A stretch of DNA of 21,531 bases from Octopus sinensis. Taxonomy: Eukaryota. The position numbers and the translations under genes were made by a program. A model generated the notes under the pieces. The model saw only the letters and a list, made by a program, of their open reading frames with translations. It searched no databases and was not told the origin of the DNA. The DNA is taken from NCBI RefSeq assembly GCF_006345805.1, contig NW_021823609.1:1-21531 (forward strand), in the 5' to 3' direction. Each line of letters begins with the position of its first letter. Position 1 is the first letter of the stretch. This document shows positions 1 to 9,513 of this stretch, piece by piece.

Positions 1-135
1 TTATATATTAATATATATATATAAGTATATAAGCATATATATATATATATATATATATATATTACATGCTTACACTCAAACACACACGGACTCACACATA
101 CACACACATGCACACACACGCATACACACGTACAC
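1..135. repeat. (TA)n and (CA)n microsatellites
   Basis: Imperfect TA run 1-61 and CA run ~78-135, read directly. Confidence 0.9.
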
Positions 136-390
136 AATTGTGCTGTTTTTCTCGAAAAATAAGCATATACGATACGCACCTGTATTGGAAATATGCAGGT
201 TTATATATATTAAGAGATAAACACATTTTAATATAAAGTGTGAAAAAAAAGGTAAGAAAATGTACTGGATAAGTAAATAGAGACCACGAAAAATATTATT
301 ATAAAAAATTGACATTCGCTTCGAAGTTTCAGTCTTTTTCTTATAAAAAGAAAGTGAGGTGTGTGTGTGCATGTGCGTGTGTCTGTAAAA

Positions 391-513
391 GGTGTGGCTG
401 TGTGGTAAGAATGGGTTCCATCTCATCGCGTCGTACCTAAGGCAAGTGTCTTCTACTATATCCTCGAGCCTTGTGAGTGGATTTTCTGGACGGAAACTAA
501 AAGAAGCCGGTCG
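391..513 (+). mobile_element. tRNA-derived SINE family A, 5' half with internal deletions
   Basis: ggtgtggctgtgtggtaaga...ggcaagtgtcttctactata...ccttgtgagtggatt...cggaaactaaaagaagccggtcg aligns with the 5' half of the full copy at 12966-13369; followed by (TA)n. Confidence 0.85.
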
Positions 514-836
514 TATATATATATATATATATATATATAGTAGAAATATATTACAAAAAGAAAATATAAGATACACGTGGAAATGTAAGGTTAAAATATG
601 AAAAATCAACGAAAATGCACATTGCAAATTTAAAAAAAAGGCTATTTATGACAGGTAACGACAAATATATACATTTAGATTGACTGAGGTAGTAATACGA
701 GTCATTGAAGTTATTATTATGAGATGATTATAAGATAATAAAGTAAGAGAACAAAATGGACCATGGTTTACGCAAAGCAATTCATCGTTTGAAAAACACC
801 GGCTAATACACGGTGTCAGGTCTAATAGTTCGTGAG

Positions 837-870
<34 letters not shown>

Positions 871-872
<2 letters not shown>

Positions 873-1051
873 GTGCGTGTCTGTGTTTGTCTCCACCATC
901 GCTTGACAAATGACGTTGGTGTGTTTACGTCCCCGTAACTTAGCCGTTCGGCAAAGAGAACTATAAAATAAATATTAGGCTTACAAAGAATGAGTCCTGG
1001 GGTCGATTTGTTCGACTAAAGGCAGTGCTCCAGCAAAGTAAAAGAATAAAA
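871..1051 (+). mobile_element. SINE family A, 3' half
   Basis: gtctgtgtttgtctccaccatcgcttgac...tggtgtgtttacgtccccgtaacttag...gtcctggggtcgatttgttcgactaaaggc matches 13160-13369. Confidence 0.85.
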
Positions 1052-1260
1052 GAAAATATATATTGAATGAGAATTTAGAATCTTTGAGATCTATAAGGTG
1101 AATTATTATAAACTGTGGATTACGAAGTGGATAATGCCATAAATGAAAGCGTATTAGAAAAAAAGAGTTCCTTAAGAACAAAAAGAAAAAAATAAGGAAT
1201 AGCGGTCAGCCTTCCTTCAAGACATTTTCCTATACGATAAAAATAATTCAATACAGCATA

Positions 1261-1804
1261 TACGAGGTGCATTCCAGAAGTTTTGAAAAATTTTCAGTGG
1301 GGACATTTAATAATTTCCAACATATATACAAAACTCCATTCTCCTTCGATGTCGTATCCTCCGACTTCAATGTCCTTGCTGTAACCTTCGCGAAGGCCCC
1401 TTGGTAGTCTTTCAAAGTGAATGTCCCAGGAGCGTTGTCACCACATCTTTCTTCTTACTCTCTTCAAAACAACTGTCCCTGAAGTTCTCCTTCAGTTTGG
1501 ATAATAACCTCAAGCCAAAGGGAAGTAAAGCCTGGACTGTGGGGATGGTGAGGGGCAGTTTTGATGCCCGTCCCTGTCAAGTAGTTGGCAACCACGATGG
1601 AATTGTGACAAGTAATGTCTCGTAGGCTATGACGAGCATTGCTCAGCAGATTGTGTTCAAAGTGCTGTTACAGCTGTCTCATTCAATCTGGAATGAAAAG
1701 GTGGCGGGTCAGCTTATTAGACGTGTAATAATGACTCACTAAAATTACAATTATCAAATTATAAAAATTACAATTATCGAGGGCAGCTATAACAGCCTCT
1801 CGTA
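1261..1804 (-). mobile_element. Internally deleted, decayed mariner (Tc1/mariner) transposon
   Basis: Begins TA-CGAGG (mariner-type terminus) at 1261 and contains a transposase C-terminal remnant. A possible opposite end cctctcgTA lies at 1796-1804, but the two ends match poorly, so the right boundary is uncertain. Confidence 0.65.
1339..1607 (-). pseudogene. Frameshifted mariner transposase C-terminal fragment
   Basis: Manual minus-strand translation across frameshifts: HNSIVVANYLTGTGIKTAPHHPHSPG / LLSKLKENFRDSCFEESKKKDVVTTLLG / TFTLKDYQGAFAK / KDIEVGGYDIEGE. This resembles the mariner HPPYSPDLAP..FPKLK..GRRF..KCIEVGGDYFEG region. Confidence 0.75.
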
Positions 1805-1831
1805 AAAAAAAAGTCTCAAATCAGTTTGAAT

Positions 1832-1878
1832 GACTGAACTCGGAACTTTGTGATTGAGAAACACACTTCTTATCACAC
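1832..1878 (-). mobile_element. SINE family A head remnant
   Basis: Reverse complement gtgtgataagaagtgtgtttctcaatcacaaagttccgagttcagtc resembles the family A head at 12982-13028. Confidence 0.5.
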
Positions 1879-2010
1879 ACACACACACACACATTTTAGT
1901 CACCTTATTACGGAGCACTAGTTTCCAGTATTAATCTGCAGTTAAGCCAACCTCTGTTTATCTTAAGTTGTTTCGTTAACTCCATTTCTCTTTTACTAAA
2001 CTTATCACGC

Positions 2011-2160
2011 TCCGCCGCCTCTGCTGCTGCCACCGCCACCACCACCACCGCCGCCGCCGCCGCCACCACCACCACCACCACCACCACCCCGCCGCCGCCG
2101 CCACCACCACCACCACCACCGCCGCCGCCGCCACCACCAGCACCACCAACGAACAGCCAC
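2011..2160. repeat. (CCA)n/(CCG)n trinucleotide mosaic
   Basis: Alternating cca and ccg runs; source of the poly-G/V/A ORF 1908-2165. Confidence 0.9.
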
Positions 2161-2655
2161 TCCAATCCCCGCCAACGCCATCATTTAATCAGTATTTACG
2201 TTTCCCTGCCAACATTTTTAGATATTTCCATTGCTGAAGTTTTTATTTTTAGAAAATTTCACTTCTTTCACGGAAGTGCTTTACTCTGAAATCAGTCAAA
2301 TCTCGACTTGCTTGGATATATTCTTAGACTGTGGGTTTTTTTTTCTCGGTTTTCGACAAAACATAACTAAAAAAAAAAAAGCAGCAAAACACAGACAAAC
2401 AAACGAAAAAGCAAAAGGAGACAAAAACTTTGTTTACATGTTTTTATTTCTCTTTAAACTTCCTGTTGCTTTCCACAACCGCCGCCCCGTGTCTAATAGC
2501 AGACAAGTCGCCATCAAATCGTACAGAAACTACCATCTTTAGAAACAGAAATAAGAAAATAGAAAAAAACAAAACAAAACACATTAGACAACGACGTCGT
2601 TAAATATATAAAATGATGGGATGGTCGTTGCCGGAACAGCAACAGCAACAATAGT

Positions 2656-2764
2656 GGAGGCGCAATGGCCCAGTGGTTAGGGCAGCAGACTCGTGGTCGT
2701 AAGAACGCGGTTTCGATTCCCAGACCAGGCATTGTGAGTGTTTATTGAGCAAAAACACCTAAGC
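2656..2764 (+). mobile_element. tRNA-derived SINE family C, 5' head
   Basis: Pol III A box tggcccagtgg (2666-2676) and B box gtttcgattcc (2710-2720). It continues into non-tRNA body sequence (attgtgagtgtttattgagcaaaaacacct) rather than a terminator. Confidence 0.7.
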
Positions 2765-2989
2765 TTGTGGGCAGTAAAGAAATAATTGTGTGTGTGATTT
2801 GAGGGTGTCAGGTGGCTAATTCTGGCAGACGTAGGGAACGTATAGAGATCCCTCAATAGCTTGCAGAGGAGAGATGTAATAGGAAGATGAAAAAAATTCC
2901 TCCTCTTCCATCACCCCACCCCACCCCCACCCCACCACCACCACATCACTATTACCATCATCATCTGCAGCAGCAGCAACAGCTTCGAC

Positions 2990-2990
<1 letters not shown>

Positions 2991-3082
<92 letters not shown>

Positions 3083-3146
3083 GTTGTTGTTGTTGTTGTT
3101 GTTATTGTTGTTATTGTTGTTCTTTTGTTGTTGTTGTTGTTGTTGC
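2991..3146. repeat. (ATT)n/(GTT)n trinucleotide tract
   Basis: Direct reading; produces the poly-Y/poly-N ORFs. Confidence 0.95.
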
Positions 3147-3967
3147 AGTAAAAGCATTGTCATACAAATGTGAAATGACAATTGGACTTATTATCAATCA
3201 AACTGTCAAATCTAGGTTCGATATCTATCCAAAATAAAGGAACCGAATGAGATCGATATTGATATTATAATAAGATCAATAACAATAATAATAATAAACA
3301 AAGAATTCCAACATCGAAACTAGAAAGTATTGAACTCAGAAGGCAGAGGGAACTAAATATTGAAAAAGATAATTAGTCCGGCATTTTTTCCCCACCAATT
3401 CTAAAACTCCCTTTGTTGTTCTCTGATAGTAAAATCAATATTGATCTCGCAGGAGGTAAATTTCCGGTAAGTGGTCCCTGCTCAACGGTTTCGATTTCCG
3501 TTTGAAAGCAATATATTTCACTTAGCCTCCTTTAAGAAGACATGATGAATACCACAAAATCCAATCACCATTCCTTATAAATTCGCAATCTTTAGCTATA
3601 AAAATTTATAGGGTACGAGAGCTGTATTCCTTTCCTTTATAAGCGAATATCTGATAAATAAATATTTAGTGTTTATTACGCACATAACTTCTGCACAGGT
3701 TTCTCCAGGTCCAATGTATTGAAGTGGTTCGTGGCTGCCGCTACCAGGTCAGCTGTATCAGTTTCCACACCAGGAATTCTTGGTCATTCATGATTGATTC
3801 TCGATCGTTTTGTCTTTGATTTTACAATCTAGAAGACTTTATATTATTGAATAGCTCTGGCCTGTTGTTCATATAAAGCTTGGATTATTTCCAGTGTTTT
3901 TCTTCAAATTGTATTCACTTTTGTCTTTCATTAACTGAGTGACAGAAATATCGTTTACGACGAAGAT

Positions 3968-4307
3968 ATAAGGAGAGAGAGAGGGGGAGAGAGGGGAAGA
4001 AAGAGTGAGAGAGAAGAGAAAGAGAGAGAAGACACGGGAGAAAAAGAGAGGGAGAAGACAGCGAGGAAATGATGAAAGAGGGAGGTTAGAGAGAAAATGA
4101 GAGAAAAGGAGAAAATTGAATATGGGAGGATAAAGAGGTGAGGGTAAAAATGGGAGGATTGAAGGGGAGGATAGAGAAAGAATTAGAGAGAGGAGACTAG
4201 ACGGGAGGATAAAGAAGGGAGAGGAAGGACAGAGGGGGAGGATAGAATGGAGGGATAGAGAGGTGGAGGAGAGGTGGGCGAGGATAGACAGGGAGAGGAG
4301 GGAGGGA
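3968..4307. repeat. Polypurine (GA-rich) low-complexity tract
   Basis: About 340 bp composed mostly of G and A on the + strand. Confidence 0.85.
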
Positions 4308-4390
4308 GTATCACCCATCTCAGAATAGAAAGATATAAGAAATCGATTAAGGAAATGGTTTAACAGGGAATTGAAATCGCTTTGCTTGGA

Positions 4391-4480
4391 ACCTTAGGCA
4401 AATATCTTCTACTATATCCCCGGATCATCGACCAATGTCTTGTGAGTGGATTTAGTAGATGAAAACTGAAAGAAGCCCGG
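4391..4480 (+). mobile_element. SINE family A body fragment
   Basis: accttaggcaaatatcttctactata...ttgtgagtggatttagtagatgaaaactgaaagaagcccg matches 13041-13125. Confidence 0.75.
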
Positions 4481-4603
4481 TGTTCTCGTCGGATTCGGAA
4501 CCATACGGTTGTGAAGTATGAAAAGTGCTTAGCAATCTGTAGCAGCGATTTGGCAATAGGATAAGATGGATCGCATTTGATCTACAAACAACTGCCCTCC
4601 TTA

Positions 4604-4772
4604 TATTGGTTTACAATTTTGACACAAGGCCAGCAATCTCGGGGAAGGGCCTAAGTCATTTACATCGGCCCCAGTGTTTAACTCGCACTTATTTTCTCAG
4701 TCTCGAAAGAATGAAAGGCAAAGTTGATCTCGGTGGAATTTGAACTCAGAACACGAAGACAGACGAAATACC
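4604..4772 (-). mobile_element. SINE family B, 5'-truncated copy
   Basis: Reverse complement aligns with the + strand copy at 7118-7340 (atgaaaggcaaagttgatctcggtggaatttgaactc core). Confidence 0.8.
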
Positions 4773-5004
4773 TATTTCTTTACTACCCACAAGGGGCTAC
4801 ACACAGAGGGGACAAACAAGGACAGACAGACGGATTAAGTCGATTACATCGACCCCAGCGCGTAACTGGTACTTAATTTATCGACTCGAAAGGATGAAAG
4901 GCAAAGTCGACCTCAGCGGAATTTGAACTCACAACGTTGCGGCAGGCAAAATACCGCTAAGCATTTCGCCCGGCAGGCTAACGATTCTGGCAGCCCTTTG
5001 CCTT
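4773..5004 (-). mobile_element. SINE family B, copy with intact head and alternative 3' tail
   Basis: Shared core atcgaccccagcgcgtaactggtactt...aggatgaaaggcaaagtcgacctcagcggaatttgaactc; tRNA-like head on the minus strand ending ~5004; distinct tail at 4773-4830. Confidence 0.8.
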
Positions 5005-5006
5005 AA

Positions 5007-5264
5007 ATATTAGTTTCAAATTTTGGCACAAGGCCAGCATGTCTTGCTTATATTGAAACCTTTATGAGATGTAATACGAATGTAAAAACATTGTTTCAAA
5101 CATTTCGGGCAAGGCCAGTAATCTTGTGCTCAACTGGTTCTTATTTTATCGACCCCGTAAGGACGAAAGGCAAAGTCTACCTCGGTAGAATTTGAATTCA
5201 GAGCGTAAAGATGAACAAAATGCCGCTCAGCATTTTGCCCGACTTGCTAACAATTCTACCAGTC
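5007..5264 (-). mobile_element. SINE family B fragments (5007-5039 and 5092-5264)
   Basis: gtttcaaattttggcacaaggccagc tail piece, then a further copy of the core ttattttatcgaccccgtaaggacgaaaggcaaagtctacctcggtagaatttgaattcag. Confidence 0.75.
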
Positions 5265-5284
5265 CATGTTTCCAAAGGTGAATT

Positions 5285-5548
5285 ATTCAAACCTAAAGAA
5301 TTCCTCTCAACACATGGCTATGATGCTCCCCACTATTTCTGCTCGTGATCAGAGATGCACATATCTTCAGCCACTAAGGGACATGCTCAACTGGTTAAGG
5401 TCAAACAACCGACAAGCAAATCTGTGGTATTGAGCAGAATATTTGCTGTAGCCCATCTTTTTATCCCAGACACCAATGTACATGATAACACTTCCAATCA
5501 GTTAAGATGAGAAACCACGAGAGCCACTGCCTGGTATTGCATCAGGGC
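5285..5548. mobile_element. Probable interspersed repeat of unassigned family
   Basis: Single copy in this window; recalled as an abundant octopus repeat (aagaattcctctcaacacatggctatgatgctccc...gagccactgcctggtattgcatcagggca). Not verifiable from the window alone. Confidence 0.4.
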
Positions 5549-5550
5549 AG

Positions 5551-5583
5551 TTATTATCATCATCATTATTATTATTATTATTA

Positions 5584-5654
<71 letters not shown>

Positions 5655-5811
5655 TGTTATTATTATTATCATTATTATTCAGTAGTCTTATTTTCATCAC
5701 GTGCTTTCACTTCACTACCGAGCGCAGCTCTGTGTGCCTTGGGTATGTGCTGTGATTTGGTTGGATGCTCTTATGGTTACTGTATTGAAAATGTTTTGCG
5801 TAGGATGTGTA

Positions 5812-5878
<67 letters not shown>

Positions 5879-5911
5879 CATTATTATTATTATTATCATT
5901 ATTATCATTAT
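5551..5911. repeat. Two (ATT)n tracts (5551-5678 and 5811-5911)
   Basis: Direct reading. Confidence 0.95.
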
Positions 5912-6653
5912 TGTTTTAGATTTACTGGTTACAATTAGCATATATAACTTATTTCTCATCTCATTTTTCCTAAAGCAACTTTAAACGTGTGCGACTGTGT
6001 TTTTAATGAATGCGAATGGAACAGGAAAGGATTTTCTGCGGAGCCTAATGTGTCTGGGTGAATATTTTTGGCGAAAGTGCCAGAGTAGCATTAGAAAAGC
6101 AGTGAGGAAAACAGTCGAGATTCGGACAAACAAAATCATTTCAGTATTCGGTTTTATACCATCACAGCTGATATCAAGCCCCACATATGCTGAAATGGCT
6201 ATTCTTTCCTTTGATCTCCATAAAAACATATTCCAGTTATGGATTAGGCTTATTTAATTGGCTATTCTCCATTTCTATAAATTTCTGGCCGCGTATCAAT
6301 TTGAGAAATTACTATACGAGAAGTAGATAATTTAGTTTCAAGATAACCTTGTTTAAATTAGTAGGCTTCAAGGAGAAGAGTTCCACATGAAAGAAAATGC
6401 TGTTTATTATTCTGTATTTCGCAATATATTCAAATATTGAGGCACTTAATGATGTCATACCATTCATGCATGTACGGCGCGCATTTACAACACATTTATT
6501 GGAATAAGAAATAATACGTATAATATGGAGTATAGAACGTAAGCATGGCTGCATATTTGCGTCTGTGTTGTTTTTTTTTATGACTTCCTCACGTATAGTT
6601 TACCTGACGGGCTTCAACACATCTTCTGTCTAGCTACAATTTCTTACGTAATA

Positions 6654-6867
6654 CAGGCTGCGGCAGAAATACCTCCCACATTTTAAAGTTCGACAAAAGG
6701 AAAAAGAAACAACATTTATGAAAAATTAATTTTACTGCTGTTTAAACAAAGGGTTACAGTTTTTGTTCATTAGCTAAATGAAAAAAACATCATCGGCACT
6801 TGCTTAAATTCATTGGTAACACATAGGTGAAAGTTTAAAATGTGGGAGGCATTTCTGCCGCACCCTG
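6654..6867. mobile_element. 214-bp Tc1/mariner-type MITE
   Basis: 34-bp terminal inverted repeats matching 32/34: caggctgcggcagaaatacctcccacattttaaa (6654-6687) versus the reverse complement of 6834-6867. TA on the left flank, CA (probable mutated TA) on the right; no ORF. Confidence 0.85.
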
Positions 6868-6882
6868 CATTTGGGCCAACCC

Positions 6883-6935
6883 AGGCGGTGAGATAGCAAA
6901 ACCGTTAACACACTGGGCAAAAATGTTTAAGTAAT
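6883..6935 (+). mobile_element. SINE family B head remnant
   Basis: aggcggtgagatagcaaaaccgttaacacactgggcaaaaatgttt resembles the reverse complement of 4950-5004. Confidence 0.45.
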
Positions 6936-7117
6936 CAACGTATTCCAATTTCCTTCGATTTTCAGTGAGTAGCAGATGAGTGACTACCTTTCCATAGAGA
7001 CACAACACAGGCTTACGCTTTCAATTTTTTTTGGATAAAGCTTTCAGAGATAACCCAATAGGTTTACTATTAATTCTGTGAAATATTTACGGGTCCCGCT
7101 AATTATTATCATTATTA

Positions 7118-7340
7118 ACGCAGCCATTTGTCAGAAACGCTAGCACTCTGGACAAAATACATAACGGCATTTCGTCCGTCATTAAAGTTCAAATCCTGCT
7201 GAGGTCGACTTTACCTTTCATTCTTTCGAGGTCGATAAAATAAAATAAGTACCAGTTAAACACTGGGGTGAGTGTAACTTACTTACCCACTTTGCCGAAC
7301 TTGACGGCATGACCTTGTGCCAAAATGTGAAACTAATATT
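7118..7340 (+). mobile_element. SINE family B, near full-length
   Basis: Degenerate tRNA-like head with B box aagttcaaatcc, then gaggtcgactttacctttcattctttcgaggtcgataaa...agtaccagttaaacactgggg, ending ccttgtgccaaaatgtgaaactaatatt. Confidence 0.8.
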
Positions 7341-7395
7341 TGGGTCAACCCGACAAAATGGTAGAAAATAACTGGCTAAGTCACCGAATTGTGTG

Positions 7396-7440
7396 CTCGA
7401 ACCGAAGTATTGTGATTGAGAAACAAACTTTTTTAACCAC
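7396..7440 (-). mobile_element. SINE family A-like head remnant
   Basis: Shares tgtgattgagaaaca with the 1832-1878 remnant; reverse complement resembles a tRNA-like head. Confidence 0.4.
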
Positions 7441-7529
7441 CAGATTGTGCAAAAAACAAGATGCATGCATACACATAAACACAAACAGTACCACCAAAGA
7501 TACATCCATAAATACCTACAATATATACA

Positions 7530-7537
7530 TACATACA

Positions 7538-7578
<41 letters not shown>

Positions 7579-7580
7579 AT

Positions 7581-7628
<48 letters not shown>

Positions 7629-7758
7629 ATATATATATAATCAGGGTATTAGATAGTACACGTACAATCTAGTACCCTGATTATAAATTAATAATTTTAC
7701 CTTTTTTGTTATTCATGCTTGCTACTACTTATGTTTTTTAAATTATTAATAATAATAT

Positions 7759-7808
<50 letters not shown>

Positions 7809-7885
7809 ATGTATGTATGTATATATGTAAATATATATATATATATATATATTGCAAATATATATATATATATATATGTATATAT
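7530..7885. repeat. Cluster of (TA)n/(TG)n microsatellites
   Basis: Several TA runs at 7540-7638 and 7763-7885. Confidence 0.9.
7636..7685. repeat. 50-bp near-perfect palindrome
   Basis: Arms 7636-7659 and 7662-7685 match 22/24; 2-nt centre (ac). Confidence 0.9.
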
Positions 7886-8341
7886 GCATGTGAGACTATT
7901 CATTGAGTACCACGACACCATTCTAATATAATTGGTTATTCTTCTGATCTCATTTATACACATTTATTCAACATCATAGCGATATTAGTTTCAAAATTGA
8001 ATTCACTACAGACCGCATATCTTGACACGACGACATCAATAACGACGGAGGGAGTGTCGGCGGCGGGGGCTGGGGGTTGGGGGTTGGGGTATTACCCAAG
8101 GTAGACGATATCAGAAGAGCTTCAAAACGAATCGAAATTATAAAGTACATTATACTAGGAATTATGAACTCAATAATGAGTTATGTAATTGATATAAAAT
8201 GCTTGGAATACTTTGCAAGTTATGGTGTGGTAGTAAAAACGAAGTACAATGCATTCATATAAAATATATCACTGAATATATCACAAAATACTAGAAATTA
8301 CAGTGATATGACAGTCACACATACAGTATGAAAGAATTCTA

Positions 8342-8429
8342 ATGGAGTGTCCCCCTGTTTGTGTTTGTGTGTGTACATATATATATATATATATATACAC
8401 ACACAAACACAAACAGAGGGACACTTCAT
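8342..8429. repeat. 88-bp palindrome centred on a (TA)n tract
   Basis: Arms 8342-8375 and 8396-8429 match 32/34; centre catatatatatatatatata. Confidence 0.9.
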
Positions 8430-8431
8430 AT

Positions 8432-8827
8432 ACTAGCAGTATCGCCCGGCGTTGCTCGGGTTTGTAAGGGAAATAACTATATAAGCATTTTTAGAGAGTT
8501 ATAGCCCCCAAAATAGCAAAAAATGCATTAAAAATGAAAAAAATGATGGTAAATTTTTTTTTAAATCGTTGACTCATCGTAGACATTTTTAGAGAGTTAC
8601 TTCCCTTATATAATAGAGAAAAATGCATTAAAATGGAAAAAATGATAGTAAATTATTTTTAAAATCATAGACTCATCGTAGACGCGCGCTAATACCCAGA
8701 AGGGCTCGATATGAATCACGACTATAAGATACCCGGTTTTGGTTACACTGCACCGCAAAATGTGGGAGTAGTTAGGAATCTAAATCGTAGGAGACAGACA
8801 CACAACTTGACTTTTATATATAAAGAT
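8432..8827 (+). mobile_element. Non-autonomous Helitron/Helentron-associated (HINE/DINE-1-like) element
   Basis: Starts actagcagtatcgcccggcgttgctcggg, has an internal ~100-bp tandem duplication, and ends gacagacacacaacttgacttttatatataaagat. These termini are typical of HINE/Lep1-like rolling-circle elements; no TIR or TSD. Confidence 0.6.
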
Positions 8828-9307
8828 ATATATGTATGTATGTATGTATGAATCTATATACAAATTCTTGTTAGTCTCCACTGAACTTAATAAAAAAACC
8901 CTCCCCATTAGTAAATCTAAATAACAAAGTGAACTTAGTGATAAAAAAATCTGCCCATGAGGAAAGATCTACTACCATGTTCTTATTGATGAAATTCACC
9001 TCTCTGCCTATATATCTACCCTCTTTGTAATGTTGGCAAATGGAATAAGTATAAAAATGAACATTGTCAATTTAATTTTAAAAATTCCGTATGTGGCTGA
9101 AGAGTGCTCTACATATCAAAACTGATGTAATACTTACATTGTTTAATTAAATGAAGTAGCCTGAAACGAATGTGGTACACTACCTTTGGATATCCTTGTT
9201 GCTTATTTTGATTATAATCACCCCATTTGATTTATATGGATAATACCATACCAGATTCTGGTACCTTTAACTTTAGTACCATATTCATATGAATCTAAAT
9301 TTTTGCT

Positions 9308-9338
<31 letters not shown>

Positions 9339-9429
9339 CGTATACACACACACACATATATATAATTATTTGTATATATATATACATATATATACATACA
9401 CACACACATATATATGTATATATATGTAT

Positions 9430-9461
<32 letters not shown>

Positions 9462-9513
9462 GTATATATATATATGTAGAATGGTGGAAAAGTAACACAC
9501 GAGTTGATATGAA

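Noticed and set aside
2656-2730. tRNA gene
   Set aside because: A and B boxes are present, but I could not fold a convincing cloverleaf and the sequence runs into SINE-like body with no poly-T terminator.
3709-3747. 39-nt micro-exon (ttctccag|GTC...CAG|gtcagc; VQCIEVVRGCRYQ)
   Set aside because: Splice sites are only moderate, the donor is non-consensus at +3, and there are no neighbouring exons or recognisable homology; such matches arise by chance.
5997-6257. ORF with NANGTGKDF resembling a P-loop (Helitron PIF1 helicase)
   Set aside because: It does not fit GxxGxGK[ST], no downstream helicase motifs follow, and the start is a non-ATG codon.
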